Assembly: GCA_964372935.1 (NCBI GenBank)
Contig: CAYJRF010000003.1
Span: 3,903-67,902 of the forward strand
DNA length: 64,000 nt
Source: an uncultured Candidatus Saccharibacteria bacterium
GTDB lineage: Bacteria > Patescibacteriota > UBA1384 > 2-12-FULL-50-11 > DASWYB01
Direction: 5' to 3'
The number at the start of each line of letters is the position of its first letter. The first letter of the stretch is position 1. Of the stretch, positions 39,840-49,055 are shown one piece after another. Position numbers and translations under genes: made by a program. Under the pieces are notes generated by a model that was given only the letters and a program-made list of their open reading frames with translations, made no database searches and was not told the DNA's origin.

Positions 39840-39915
39840 TGGTGGGCGCACATGGATTCGAACCATGGACCGGGCGGATATAAGCCGCCTGCTCTGCCAT
39901 CTGAGCTATGCGCCC
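39840..39915 (-). tRNA. tRNA-Ile with UAU anticodon (tentative)
   Basis: Reverse complement gggcgcatagctcagatggcagagcaggcggcttatatccgcccggtccatggttcgaatccatgtgcgcccacca folds canonically; anticodon stem ggcgg/ccgcc, loop cttatat (U33, UAU, A37); body resembles Ile2-type tRNAs. Confidence 0.72.
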
Positions 39916-40137
39916 GTGTCGCGGCTTACTTCGTCGCGGCAAGAGAATGGATTAAAGCGCTCCCACTATAACAAAAACGGGGGTCGAGCTCAATTGACTG
40001 GCCACGGCGCGGGACGGGTAGCGCGCCACTGATCCAAGATGGGTTAAGAGAGCCCCGGCGATATTTTTCCGTGGCCACCGCCGATCTGGCCGAGTTTTGC
40101 ACCTTCAGCTTGGCGCCAAGCTGGATTTTTCTCGGGT

Positions 40138-41355
40138 ATGGCGAGAGATAGTCGCCTGCCGTCTCGTTTTTTACCCGTGGCGAAACAGTGGACGACAATG
40201 TGCTACAATGGCGGCAGTTACCCGATGAACGAAAACCGCGAACTCGCCTTACCGAGTGACGAACCCCCAACGAACACGCGCCGGCCGGAAACCGTCGAGC
40301 GTCCCGACGGTGTTAGTTTGGAGTTTTGGGCGAAGTTGGGACGATTTCCGCTCGATATCCAAGAGGCTGTGGCCAGCCTTTCGCCCCCAATTCGCGCTCA
40401 AATTTTTGGCCGACCCGAGGCCAAGTCCCTGTCAACCAATTCGACCGCCGAAATAAGTCGGATCCTGCAATCTGTGGAAGCCGACAGAATCTACCTCCGC
40501 CACGAATATGAGTCTATATGGGAAGAAACCGAGATTGATTCCCTTGACAGAGTGGATCGTGAGACGGTGACACGAAACACCCTTGGTCGTTTTTTACGAG
40601 ACGTCAATATCCGAGACTCCGTGACGGATAACCCCGCCGCCGTGGGAGACATCATGGATTCGCTCTGGAGAAATCGCGGCAAAAAAGGCCCTGATGTCGA
40701 GCCGTACCGACGGGAGCACTTTGACAATCTTCGACGCGAGTTGGATGTCCTGCAAGCCGAAAAACAAGCCATCATTGACGAACTTAATAAGTTGGGAGCG
40801 AAAAAGAGCCTGAATCGTCGAGAGAGTCACCGTCAGGACGAGCTCGGTTCTATCCTCGCCCTAAATTATGACAATGTTTGGTACGCCAGCGCCGTGCGAG
40901 GTAAAGGAAATCCTTATTCCACTCCCGAAAAACAAAGACATATAAACGAACTAACGTCTGGGATACAATCGGGCGAGAAAGAGTTGGGTCGGCAAAGGAC
41001 GCTTGCCTTCGTTCTCCCGTACATGGATGCAACTGACTGTGCTGTCACCGTTATGGAGACCGTTTGTCGGGAATTGTATCGATTCCAGCGCCGAGACTCG
41101 GCGCTGATTCGAAAGATCGCTGCGCAGGTTGACGAATGGTACGAGCGCCACCAATACGACCCAGCTTTGAAGCAAGCACTTCAAAAAGACGCCTCGCGGG
41201 AGGTACGACAACAAAAGCTGGCCGAACATTTTTGGCGCTTATTTAAATCTTACGATCGATTGACTGAAGAACCGAACACCGAGCCGAGTCGGCTCGAAAA
41301 TACCGCTCGCGAAATAATAGTGGTGCTTCATTTACTGGACCCGCCAAGCCGATAA
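40138..41355 (+). CDS. hypothetical protein (405 aa), no recognisable domain
   Basis: Long ORF in host-like GC; Asp/Glu/Arg-rich predicted helical protein; the first gene after tRNA-Ile(UAU). Confidence 0.45.
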   Translation: MARDSRLPSRFLPVAKQWTTMCYNGGSYPMNENRELALPSDEPPTNTRRPETVERPDGVSLEFWAKLGRFPLDIQEAVASLSPPIRAQIFGRPEAKSLSTNSTAEISRILQSVEADRIYLRHEYESIWEETEIDSLDRVDRETVTRNTLGRFLRDVNIRDSVTDNPAAVGDIMDSLWRNRGKKGPDVEPYRREHFDNLRRELDVLQAEKQAIIDELNKLGAKKSLNRRESHRQDELGSILALNYDNVWYASAVRGKGNPYSTPEKQRHINELTSGIQSGEKELGRQRTLAFVLPYMDATDCAVTVMETVCRELYRFQRRDSALIRKIAAQVDEWYERHQYDPALKQALQKDASREVRQQKLAEHFWRLFKSYDRLTEEPNTEPSRLENTAREIIVVLHLLDPPSR

Positions 41356-41435
41356 CTCGCCGTTTTTGCTCGTAGGCGGCGTAAAAGAAAATTGACGCAC
41401 CGGCGCCTGTAAATCCTCGAGGGGATTTTTAGTTG

Positions 41436-41476
41436 CAGTGGGGGAGCGGCAAAAAGTATTTTTTCGGTTGTGAACA
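41436..41476 (+). repeat. 41-bp direct repeat, copy 1 (cagtgggggagcggcaaaaagtattttttcggttgtgaaca)
   Basis: Identical to 43710-43750; contains a -35-like TTGTGA, followed 20 nt later by an extended -10 TGCTAGAAT. Confidence 0.8.
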
Positions 41477-42141
41477 GTTGTGTAATCAATACTTTTGTGC
41501 TAGAATATCATTACCGTTTGTCTTGGCCAAGAAGGGGGGGCGATGTGGCCGCGACGACAGGTCTATCGCGTCTGGTCGGCGCGTGGCTGCGGAAGCGGCT
41601 ACTCGTGCCCGACAATTTGCCCGATCAGGGCATCTCGGTGCTGGCGGTGGTGGTTGTCCCGTTCGGGCTCCACCACGGCACGCTGGGACCGAAAACGGCG
41701 GCAGTGGTTGAGCGAGCGGTTGAACTGTGCCGCCAGTACCACGCCGTTAACGTCATCGCCATGGGAGGTTGGCAGTCAGTCGGCCAACGCGAAGGGCCGC
41801 TGATCGCCGCGGCGCTTAAAGGGCAAGTCCCCGACTCAACGAGCGTCGTGGTCGAGGACGCGACCCGAAACACCTTTGAGCAAGCCCGATATTTGCGCAA
41901 TATTGTGCCGACACTCAATGGTTGTCCGAGCGTCGCGATCATCGTCGTGGCCGACGAGCTGCACGCGCAACGCGTGGCTCTGCTGGCGACAAGACACCTC
42001 CGCGGTCTGGCAAAGGTACACCGCGCCAGCACCCGCGCCAACGATTGGGAAAACGACAAGTTGGCCCTGACTAACCCGATTATCTTTGGCTTCCGGGAAC
42101 TGGTGTTGCTTGTTATCTCCCGCCTCATCTGGTGTCTTTAA
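41470..42141 (+). CDS. DUF218 / YdcF(SanA/ElyC)-family protein
   Basis: ORF from 41470, but the likely start is GTG at 41545 after AAGGGGGGG SD; DUF218-like segment ...VNVIAMGGWQSVGQREGPLIAAAL...VVEDATRNTFEQARYLRN... Confidence 0.65.
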   Translation: MNSCVINTFVLEYHYRLSWPRRGGDVAATTGLSRLVGAWLRKRLLVPDNLPDQGISVLAVVVVPFGLHHGTLGPKTAAVVERAVELCRQYHAVNVIAMGGWQSVGQREGPLIAAALKGQVPDSTSVVVEDATRNTFEQARYLRNIVPTLNGCPSVAIIVVADELHAQRVALLATRHLRGLAKVHRASTRANDWENDKLALTNPIIFGFRELVLLVISRLIWCL

Positions 42142-42186
42142 ATCCTCCGCGGCCGACAGCGCGCCCGGAGGATTTTTCTTTTGGGG
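42141..42186 (+). terminator. intrinsic terminator after DUF218 gene
   Basis: 9-bp stem aatcctccg/cggaggatt followed by tttcttttgg. Confidence 0.6.
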
Positions 42187-42418
42187 CCGATACTTTTCCG
42201 TGGCCACCGCCGCGTCAATGAGCTACAACCACGCCAGCCCGACAATTCAAACTGGATGTGTGCGTTTTCTTAGGTGATCCGTTACGTTCCATTGTCTTTG
42301 ACATTATTACTAACATAAGCCTTCTTTATGCCAAACTAACCGCAGGCGAGTTTAGTAGGGAAAACTCCCCCAACATTTTCCACGCCGCTCTGTCGATCGG
42401 TTAGCCTTACCTACTTAT

Positions 42419-43363
42419 CTAAAATGAATGCGTAAAAGTGGCAAAGCTTTGGATATCTCGTTCTGGTGTGACTTGAATAAAGACCGCACCTGGAAGTTTG
42501 CGTTTCTTAAGGAGTTGAAATTTGCCTCCAATCCGAGCTTCAAGACTAATGGTGCCGTCTTTACGCGAGCACGCTTTCGAACCTCCCAAGTCGGCAAAGA
42601 AATGTTTCCACTCTAAGCGAAGTCGAAGCTTCCAAATAAATCGGCCATCATCCCAGCTAAAAGCATCGGTTAAGCCGATTCTAAAGTCTTGCTCATTTTG
42701 CGCCTTGCCCTCAATGTTTCCGCTTTCATCTTCCGGTATCTGCTCTAATTGTTCTTGTAAAAATAATTGATTCTCGCTGAAATGTTGTTGACTAAGTTGA
42801 GATTGGACATAAGTTTGAGCCAGAGACGTCGCTAATGTTCCAACGACACGGGCAGGATTGTTACTATTTACAAGGGCGGCACGCAGGCTGGGTTCAAGCA
42901 CACTATTATCTATAGTGTGAACACTGGAGTCCATAACAAAAAGATGGGCTTGGCCTTTGAGCGCGCTGTCGAGAGCTTGGTGGAGTAAATCGTTAAGTTT
43001 CTTATTTGGGCAGACCAGGGATGTAGGAGTGGGAGAGGATGTAGGAATGGGACTTGAGCAGTATATCGGTCCTGCCGTTCCAATTTCCAGCGATTTATTA
43101 ACTGAACTTTGATTATAGTTTTGCGAGGGAGGGACGTAGAAGTTTGTAGAGATCGCCGACGGTGAGAGCACGGGCGTTGGGGAATAGGTGTAAGTCGGTA
43201 AAGGAGAAGGAATCAAAGTCGGTGTTTCGGTGGGGCTTGGGGTCAATATAGGGGTGGGAATAATGCAACCAGGAGAAGTTACAAGGCTATCGGCAGTAAT
43301 TTGCAGGTAAGAAATAAACGTTGCGCCAGCAAGACCAAGCGCCAAGAAAATTGCTAATAGCAA
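42419..43363 (-). CDS. secreted/anchored hypothetical protein with Pro/Thr/Ser-rich N-terminal region (AT-rich gene)
   Basis: 314 aa; N-terminal hydrophobic signal MLLAIFLALGLAGATFI, PTPILTPSPTETPTLIPSPLPTYTYSPTPV linker; about 37% GC on sampled lines. Confidence 0.5.
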   Translation of the reverse strand: MLLAIFLALGLAGATFISYLQITADSLVTSPGCIIPTPILTPSPTETPTLIPSPLPTYTYSPTPVLSPSAISTNFYVPPSQNYNQSSVNKSLEIGTAGPIYCSSPIPTSSPTPTSLVCPNKKLNDLLHQALDSALKGQAHLFVMDSSVHTIDNSVLEPSLRAALVNSNNPARVVGTLATSLAQTYVQSQLSQQHFSENQLFLQEQLEQIPEDESGNIEGKAQNEQDFRIGLTDAFSWDDGRFIWKLRLRLEWKHFFADLGGSKACSRKDGTISLEARIGGKFQLLKKRKLPGAVFIQVTPERDIQSFATFTHSF

Positions 43364-43709
43364 TCTGTGAGTACGGACAAATTTAGTTAAGCGGGAGACA
43401 ATTCCCTCCTATCGTTATTCAATGATACACTACACAGAACTCACGTCTAGTTGCTGTATGCGTCAGATTTTTGCCACGATGGCCTCCTTTGACGGCTTGG
43501 TCAACATCGGTCCTAGTGTTATGACTCGCTTGTCCACGCGATGGTGGTGCCCAAATCGCCGCTAGCATTGCCTCAAAAGCGGGGCTTAAGACAACCTGTG
43601 CGTCGCCGGCGCCATGCTTCACAACGTGGGCCTTGTCCATAAAAGTCATCTAGGCAAGAAATTTATCGGCCGGCTCGTCTCCTGTCGCCCGACGGAAATT
43701 TTTTGACGA

Positions 43710-43750
43710 CAGTGGGGGAGCGGCAAAAAGTATTTTTTCGGTTGTGAACA
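43710..43750 (+). repeat. 41-bp direct repeat, copy 2
   Basis: Exact copy of 41436-41476; followed by GC hairpin cgcccg-ccct-cgggcg. Confidence 0.8.
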
Positions 43751-43853
43751 TTCGCCCGCCCTCGGGCGGCTACTCCCCAAGACGGCGGTAGCGGGAATCA
43801 GTCTTAGTTTGCTCCAGCGACCGCGGCCGCGCGATAGGGGAGTGGGAATATCG

Positions 43854-44096
43854 TCAGTCGATTAGTCGCAAAATATATTCTATTTGCTCTTTGGTCAGTC
43901 TGACGCCATCCCCTTCTTGTTCATAGCGTAAAAATAGCCCGACGTACTCCCGCCGAGCCCGCGCTAAGGCCGCCGACACGGCCATGAGTTGCTGCATCGT
44001 GGGAACTAAGCCGCGCTCGCTTTCGATCATCCGCGCCACGCCGCGCACTTGGCCTTCGATTCGGCGCATTTGGGCCAACAATTTTTCTTTGTCCAT
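43854..44096 (-). CDS. CsoR/RcnR/FrmR-family (DUF156) small transcriptional repressor lacking any Cys or His
   Basis: 80 aa; family-typical RIEGQVRGVARMIE and helical bundle length; no Cys/His for canonical metal or formaldehyde sensing. Confidence 0.65.
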   Translation of the reverse strand: MDKEKLLAQMRRIEGQVRGVARMIESERGLVPTMQQLMAVSAALARARREYVGLFLRYEQEGDGVRLTKEQIEYILRLID

Positions 44097-44256
44097 ACGG
44101 TTCCTCCAATATGATAAAAAACTCGCTGATTATCCCCAGCCATACCCCCGCGCTATCCCCCTCATACCCCCGCCCCGTATTATAGTAGGGAGGAAAACTT
44201 TTAACCAGCACACCAAAAAAGAGGCCCTCGCCTCTCTTCGGGGCGATTACTGCCGT

Positions 44257-44859
44257 CTAAACAATCGTCTGGGCGGTTTGGGAGACGACGTCCCAAGCCA
44301 GATTAGCGAAAAACGCCTCGATGTAATCGCCGCGCGCCGGACCAAAATCGGCAAAGTAGGCGTGCTCATAAACGTCCAGAGCCACCAGGACCGTGGCGTT
44401 CCATATTGGATAGGTGTTTTGAGCGTCGCCGAGATAATTAAACAACTTTTGGCTGTCGTGATCGTAGGCCAGCCAGGCCCAGCCACGAGCGGCCATGCCG
44501 GTGGCTTTGAGATCGGCCTTCCAGGCGTCGAACGAACCAAAATCTCGGGCGATCAGCTCGGCCAATTTTCCCGTGGCCGACCCGCCCGAACCGCCCAAAT
44601 GGCCAAAGTAGATCTCGTGATTTTTAACGCCGCCCACGGCAAAGCTCAATTCCAACTTTAAGGACCTGATGTCGCTGTAAGTCTGATTGGCGCTGGCGGG
44701 ATCACGGCTAACCGAGGTTAGTTTTTCGAGTATCTCGTTGGCTTTTTTTACGTAGCCCTGATAGAGCTTGTAATGGTTTTGCATCGTCGCCTTTGAGATG
44801 CCTTGAAGCTCTTTATCAACGCTGGTAAATTTTTTTTCGGCGTACATGCGACCTCCCAA
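44257..44859 (-). CDS. sod: Fe/Mn-family superoxide dismutase
   Basis: 200 aa; C-terminal domain ...WAWLAYD...DVYEHAYF... matches the Fe/Mn SOD signature D-x-W-E-H-A-Y-Y region; N-terminal helical domain divergent. Confidence 0.75.
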   Translation of the reverse strand: MGGRMYAEKKFTSVDKELQGISKATMQNHYKLYQGYVKKANEILEKLTSVSRDPASANQTYSDIRSLKLELSFAVGGVKNHEIYFGHLGGSGGSATGKLAELIARDFGSFDAWKADLKATGMAARGWAWLAYDHDSQKLFNYLGDAQNTYPIWNATVLVALDVYEHAYFADFGPARGDYIEAFFANLAWDVVSQTAQTIV

Positions 44860-44939
44860 TCATTTTATTGTCATGCTCGTTGTAACATAAATGCGAGCGT
44901 AAGGCGATCTTGGCGTCTCCCTTGATTGAAAACCAATCG

Positions 44940-45632
44940 CTATGTCGAGCGACGGTCGGGAGGTCGGGCTGGGACTTTGGGCGAAACTGGGGGCAGCCAG
45001 ATTGTCTCGCGTCCCCCCTCGGCAAAGTTCAGTCCGCGCGCCAAGGCGAATAACCAATCGGACAGGCGATTGATAAACATCAGGGCGGACGGCGCCACGG
45101 CACTGCCGCCCGAGTGCAAGACGACGATGGCTCGCTCGGCCCGTCGCACCACGGCGCGCGCCATATGAGCGTGGGCCGACGCAACCGAGCCCCCGGGAAG
45201 AATAAACTGTCGCAGAGGCGGCGTGGCGGCTTGCAGACTGTCAATCCACGTCTCATAGCGGGCGATGTCGGCCTCTTTAGGCAAGGCCGGAGTCGGCGGG
45301 TTTTGGTTCGGGTTGGCAAAGTAGGCCCCCAAGGTCAAAAGCCACGATTGGGTGGCGGCAATCTGATCCGTGACCGACTGGCGGTTGACAGTTTGGGCCA
45401 GCTGTTTTGAACCTTGTTTGGCGGCGCGGCGGGGATTCTTAGAGGCGGCAACGGTTGCCGCCAGCAAGCCCAGAGCGGCGGTAACTTCGTCGAGGGCTCC
45501 CAAAACCGCGATACGCTGGTCGGCTTTGCTCAAGACGCTCCCGTCGGCCAAGGTTGTTTGGCCGCGGTCGCCGGTTTTGGTGTACAGTTTCATGGTTATT
45601 GTTGTCTTACACCAGTTGTCCGCGCAATCCAA
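44940..45632 (-). CDS. PduO-type ATP:cob(I)alamin (corrinoid) adenosyltransferase
   Basis: 230 aa; N-terminus MKLYTKTGDRGQTTLADGSVLSKADQRIAVLGALDEV diagnostic of the PduO/MMAB family. Confidence 0.78.
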   Translation of the reverse strand: MDCADNWCKTTITMKLYTKTGDRGQTTLADGSVLSKADQRIAVLGALDEVTAALGLLAATVAASKNPRRAAKQGSKQLAQTVNRQSVTDQIAATQSWLLTLGAYFANPNQNPPTPALPKEADIARYETWIDSLQAATPPLRQFILPGGSVASAHAHMARAVVRRAERAIVVLHSGGSAVAPSALMFINRLSDWLFALARGLNFAEGGRETIWLPPVSPKVPARPPDRRST

Positions 45633-45668
45633 GCTCCGACGGCCAAAGTCTTTCCGTGGTCGGGTAGT

Positions 45669-46661
45669 CTAGTCTTGAAGCAAAACAACATCCGGAGCGG
45701 TTCGACCTTTCAGGACCGCCAGGATATTCGCCGCGGCTTTTTGGGCCATGGCCAGGCGCGCTTCGCGCGTGGCCGAGCCGGTATGGGGCGTCATGATAAC
45801 GTTGGTGAGCGATTTAAGCCCCAAAGTAACATCCGGCTCGTGTTCAAACACGTCAATCCCCGCGCCGGCGATTGCCCCACGGGACAGGGCGCTGGCCAAG
45901 GCGGCCTCGTCCACCACCGCCCCGCGGGCGGTGTTAATTAAAAAAGCCGTCGGTTTCATCAAAGCCAAACGCTCGGCGTTAATCAAATGACGGGTTGACG
46001 GCAACAACGGCACATGAAGGGTAACAACGTCGGCGACTTGAAGTAAATGGTCAAGAGAAAAGTATCTGGCATTGAAGCGATGTTCAAAGTCGCGATTCGG
46101 TTTGAGGTCGTTATAGCCGATGGCCATGCCCAAGCCAAAGCCGGCGATTTTCGCGACAGTCGAGCCGATGTGTCCCAACCCGACAATTCCCAATATTTTA
46201 CCGTTTAACTCCGGGCCAACGAACAGTTTTGGATCCCAGCCGCGATATTTTCCGGCGTGGACATAGGCGTCGGCCGGGATGAGAGATTTCGCCAGACCGA
46301 GCATGAGCGCGACGGTATGTTCGGCCACGGCGTTGTCGAGGGTGCCGGGGGTGTTGGCAATCGTGACCCCCCGCGCCTGGGCCGCCTTGAGGTCGATATG
46401 GTCGTAGCCGACCGACATGGTGGCCACGATTTTTAACCCGGGACCGGCGGCGTCCAGCACTTCGGCGGTGATCTTGTTGGTCAGAAGACAGAGAATCGCT
46501 TCGGCCCCTTTAACCAGTCCCCGCAACTCGTCGGCGGTGAGGTTCTTTTCGACGCGATTCACCGCCACCTGGGCGTGTTCGCGCAGGTGAGCGATTACCG
46601 CGTCGTCTACCGGCCAAGTGATAGCGACTTTCGGCTGACGAGCCACATCCGCGCTCGACAT
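45669..46661 (-). CDS. D-isomer-specific 2-hydroxyacid dehydrogenase (glyoxylate/hydroxypyruvate reductase-like)
   Basis: 330 aa; NAD-binding GIVGLGHIGSTVA and catalytic R/E/H arrangement. Confidence 0.82.
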   Translation of the reverse strand: MSSADVARQPKVAITWPVDDAVIAHLREHAQVAVNRVEKNLTADELRGLVKGAEAILCLLTNKITAEVLDAAGPGLKIVATMSVGYDHIDLKAAQARGVTIANTPGTLDNAVAEHTVALMLGLAKSLIPADAYVHAGKYRGWDPKLFVGPELNGKILGIVGLGHIGSTVAKIAGFGLGMAIGYNDLKPNRDFEHRFNARYFSLDHLLQVADVVTLHVPLLPSTRHLINAERLALMKPTAFLINTARGAVVDEAALASALSRGAIAGAGIDVFEHEPDVTLGLKSLTNVIMTPHTGSATREARLAMAQKAAANILAVLKGRTAPDVVLLQD

Positions 46662-47515
46662 CAGAGTATTTCTTGAGCTTTCATGGCGCTGCCGAACAGG
46701 GCGATTTTTTCCTTTACAACTTGGGTGATCGCCTCGCGCGCCGGGCCTAAAATTTCCCGCGGGTCGTAGAGCTTTTTGTCGGCTTTTAGGGTCGCGCGCT
46801 CGGCCGAGGCAAACGCTAAGCGAATATCGGTGTCAATATTGATTTTTGTAATGCCCAGACGGATGGCGTGCTTGATCGCCGCTTCGGGAGTTCCGGAGGC
46901 GCCGTGCAACACCAGCGGTTGAGTCACGACCGCGCTGATTTGGGCCAGACGATCTAAACGCAACCGCTCATTTTGTCTCGGCGGGCCATGGTTGTTGCCA
47001 ATGCCAATCGCCAGAGCGTCGCAATGAGTCTGTTGAGTAAACATCGCCGCCTCGGCCGGATCGGTTAATCCCTCTTTGGCGGCCACGTCGTCTTCCACGC
47101 CGCCAACCCGCCCCAGCTCGGCCTCGACGGATATCCCGCGTCGATGGGCTCGGGCGACAAATTTTTTCGTCCAATGGAGATTTTCGTCCAGGGGCAAATG
47201 CGAGCCGTCGAACATTACCGAGGTATAACCGGCTTCAAGGCAAGCGTAAATTAACTCGTGAGTGCGGCCGTGGTCAAGATGAAACACCACCGGCACGGGC
47301 GATTCCTTAGCCCGTGCGATGATCAAGGCCGCGAGCGGTTTTAAGCCGGCGTAGGCGATGGCTTTTTCGCTCGTTTGAACCACTACCGGCGCGCGCAACG
47401 ATTCGGCCGCGGCGATAATCGCTTCGGTAATCTCCAAATTGACGGTGTTGAACGCTCCCACGGCAAAGTGTTGCGCCTGCGCCACGCGCAGCACCGTCGT
47501 CAAGCTAACGAGCAT
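46661..47515 (-). CDS. fba: class II fructose/ketose-bisphosphate aldolase
   Basis: 284 aa; FHLDHG metal-binding motif and class II aldolase fold signature. Confidence 0.82.
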   Translation of the reverse strand: MLVSLTTVLRVAQAQHFAVGAFNTVNLEITEAIIAAAESLRAPVVVQTSEKAIAYAGLKPLAALIIARAKESPVPVVFHLDHGRTHELIYACLEAGYTSVMFDGSHLPLDENLHWTKKFVARAHRRGISVEAELGRVGGVEDDVAAKEGLTDPAEAAMFTQQTHCDALAIGIGNNHGPPRQNERLRLDRLAQISAVVTQPLVLHGASGTPEAAIKHAIRLGITKINIDTDIRLAFASAERATLKADKKLYDPREILGPAREAITQVVKEKIALFGSAMKAQEIL

Positions 47516-47774
47516 GCCGCTTCCGATGGCGACGCGCAGCGATATTTCGCGGGCGAGGACGCTCCGGCTTAACTAACGACGGCGGATAACTTTCCTTGAT
47601 TGCGGTCGGAGCCGCCACCGCGTCACTGTCTGATCTGGGATATAAAATCCCTTTCACCCGTCGGCTGACACTAAAAAAACGGTGGCGGGTTCTGGCGAGA
47701 AATTGGCCGGCCTGAACGCGGATATATCGCGGCACCCGAAAAAGGGAATTCAATTGACGCTTCGGCTGTTTCAT

Positions 47775-48755
47775 TTAGGCCGCCTTTCGTCCAACAACTC
47801 GGCGAGCCGCGGCCACGATTGCCGCGCGATCCAGGCCGTATTTTTTGAGCAGGGCCGGGGGATCACCGGATTCGCCGAAAGAATCGGCCATACCGACGCG
47901 CTCCAGCGGCACCGGATCGTACTCGACAAGCATTTCCGACACAGCGCCGCCCAGACCGCCGGTAATTTGATGTTCCTCAACCGTTACCACGGCGCGAGTT
48001 TTCGCCACGCTCGATAAAATGGTGTCTTTGTCTAAAGGTTTGACCGACGGACTAAAAATGACTTCGGCGGCAATATGGTGGTGTTTGAGGATAACTGCCG
48101 CCTGGAACGCCTCGTAGGCCAACGGGCCGCAAGCCACGATGGTAACATCGCCGCCGCCGCGGACCGTATAGGCCAGCCCGATGGTGAACGGATGAGTCAG
48201 GCGGGTAAATAACGGTGTCTTTTCTCTGGTTAGACGCATATATGCCGGGCCAACGTGTTCCGCCATCGCCAGCGTGGCCTGATAGGCTTCGTGGCAATCG
48301 GTCGGGGCTAGGACAATCATATTGGGCAAGACGCGAGTGATGGCGATATCTTCCAGCGCCTGATGGGTCGCGCCGTCCGGACCAACCGACAGCCCGCTGT
48401 GACAGCCCACCACTTTGACGTTGGCGTTGGAGTAACACACGCTTACCCGCAACTGATCCCAATTGCGGCCCGGGTTAAACGTGGCGTACGAAGTTACGAA
48501 CGGCAGTTTGCCGGCCAGGGCCAACCCGGCGGCCAGACCCATCATGTTCTGCTCGGCCACGCCCACTTCCACAAACCGCTCGGGATAGGCGGATTTGAAT
48601 CCGTCCATGCGGGTTGACTCGCACAGATCGCCGGTTAAACCAACGATTCGATCGTCGCGCGCCGCCAAATCAACCACCGCCTTGCCGAAGCCGTCGCGCG
48701 TCGGAAGCTGGACAAGGTTTTTTTCGTCACCGGGGTTATCAATAAGATAGGTCAT
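47775..48755 (-). CDS. tktB: transketolase, C-terminal (pyrimidine-binding + C-terminal domain) subunit
   Basis: 326 aa; split-Tkt C-terminal half with typical G-x-DG-x-TH region. Confidence 0.85.
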   Translation of the reverse strand: MTYLIDNPGDEKNLVQLPTRDGFGKAVVDLAARDDRIVGLTGDLCESTRMDGFKSAYPERFVEVGVAEQNMMGLAAGLALAGKLPFVTSYATFNPGRNWDQLRVSVCYSNANVKVVGCHSGLSVGPDGATHQALEDIAITRVLPNMIVLAPTDCHEAYQATLAMAEHVGPAYMRLTREKTPLFTRLTHPFTIGLAYTVRGGGDVTIVACGPLAYEAFQAAVILKHHHIAAEVIFSPSVKPLDKDTILSSVAKTRAVVTVEEHQITGGLGGAVSEMLVEYDPVPLERVGMADSFGESGDPPALLKKYGLDRAAIVAAARRVVGRKAA

Positions 48756-48762
48756 TGGATTT

Positions 48763-49047
48763 TCAGTAGTTAAAGAATAGAATCACCAGCACCAAAAGCG
48801 CTCCGAGCGAGATGAGGAACGGAATGTAGCTTAGGCCTAAACCGAAGGACGTCAGAAAGCCGCGTGGCAGTTTGGCCCGACGACGTAACACCAGCCAGGG
48901 ACCGAATCCCAAGACCACGACCCCCAAATAGCCCACGTTGGTAACCGGGCCGACTGTCGTCGAGCGTCCCAAAAAGAGCCCGGCCAGGGCCCAAACGAAA
49001 AACAGGAGATAGCCGTAAACCAGTCGTTGTGTCGCTTGAGACGCCAT
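48763..49047 (-). CDS. small hypothetical membrane protein (94 aa, 3 TM) between the transketolase halves
   Basis: Hydrophobic profile only. Confidence 0.35.
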   Translation of the reverse strand: MASQATQRLVYGYLLFFVWALAGLFLGRSTTVGPVTNVGYLGVVVLGFGPWLVLRRRAKLPRGFLTSFGLGLSYIPFLISLGALLVLVILFFNY

Positions 49048-49055
49048 TAGACAGG

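Noticed and set aside
43753-43770. GC hairpin cgcccg-ccct-cgggcg after repeat copy 2
   Set aside because: No U-tract on either strand, so not called as a terminator.
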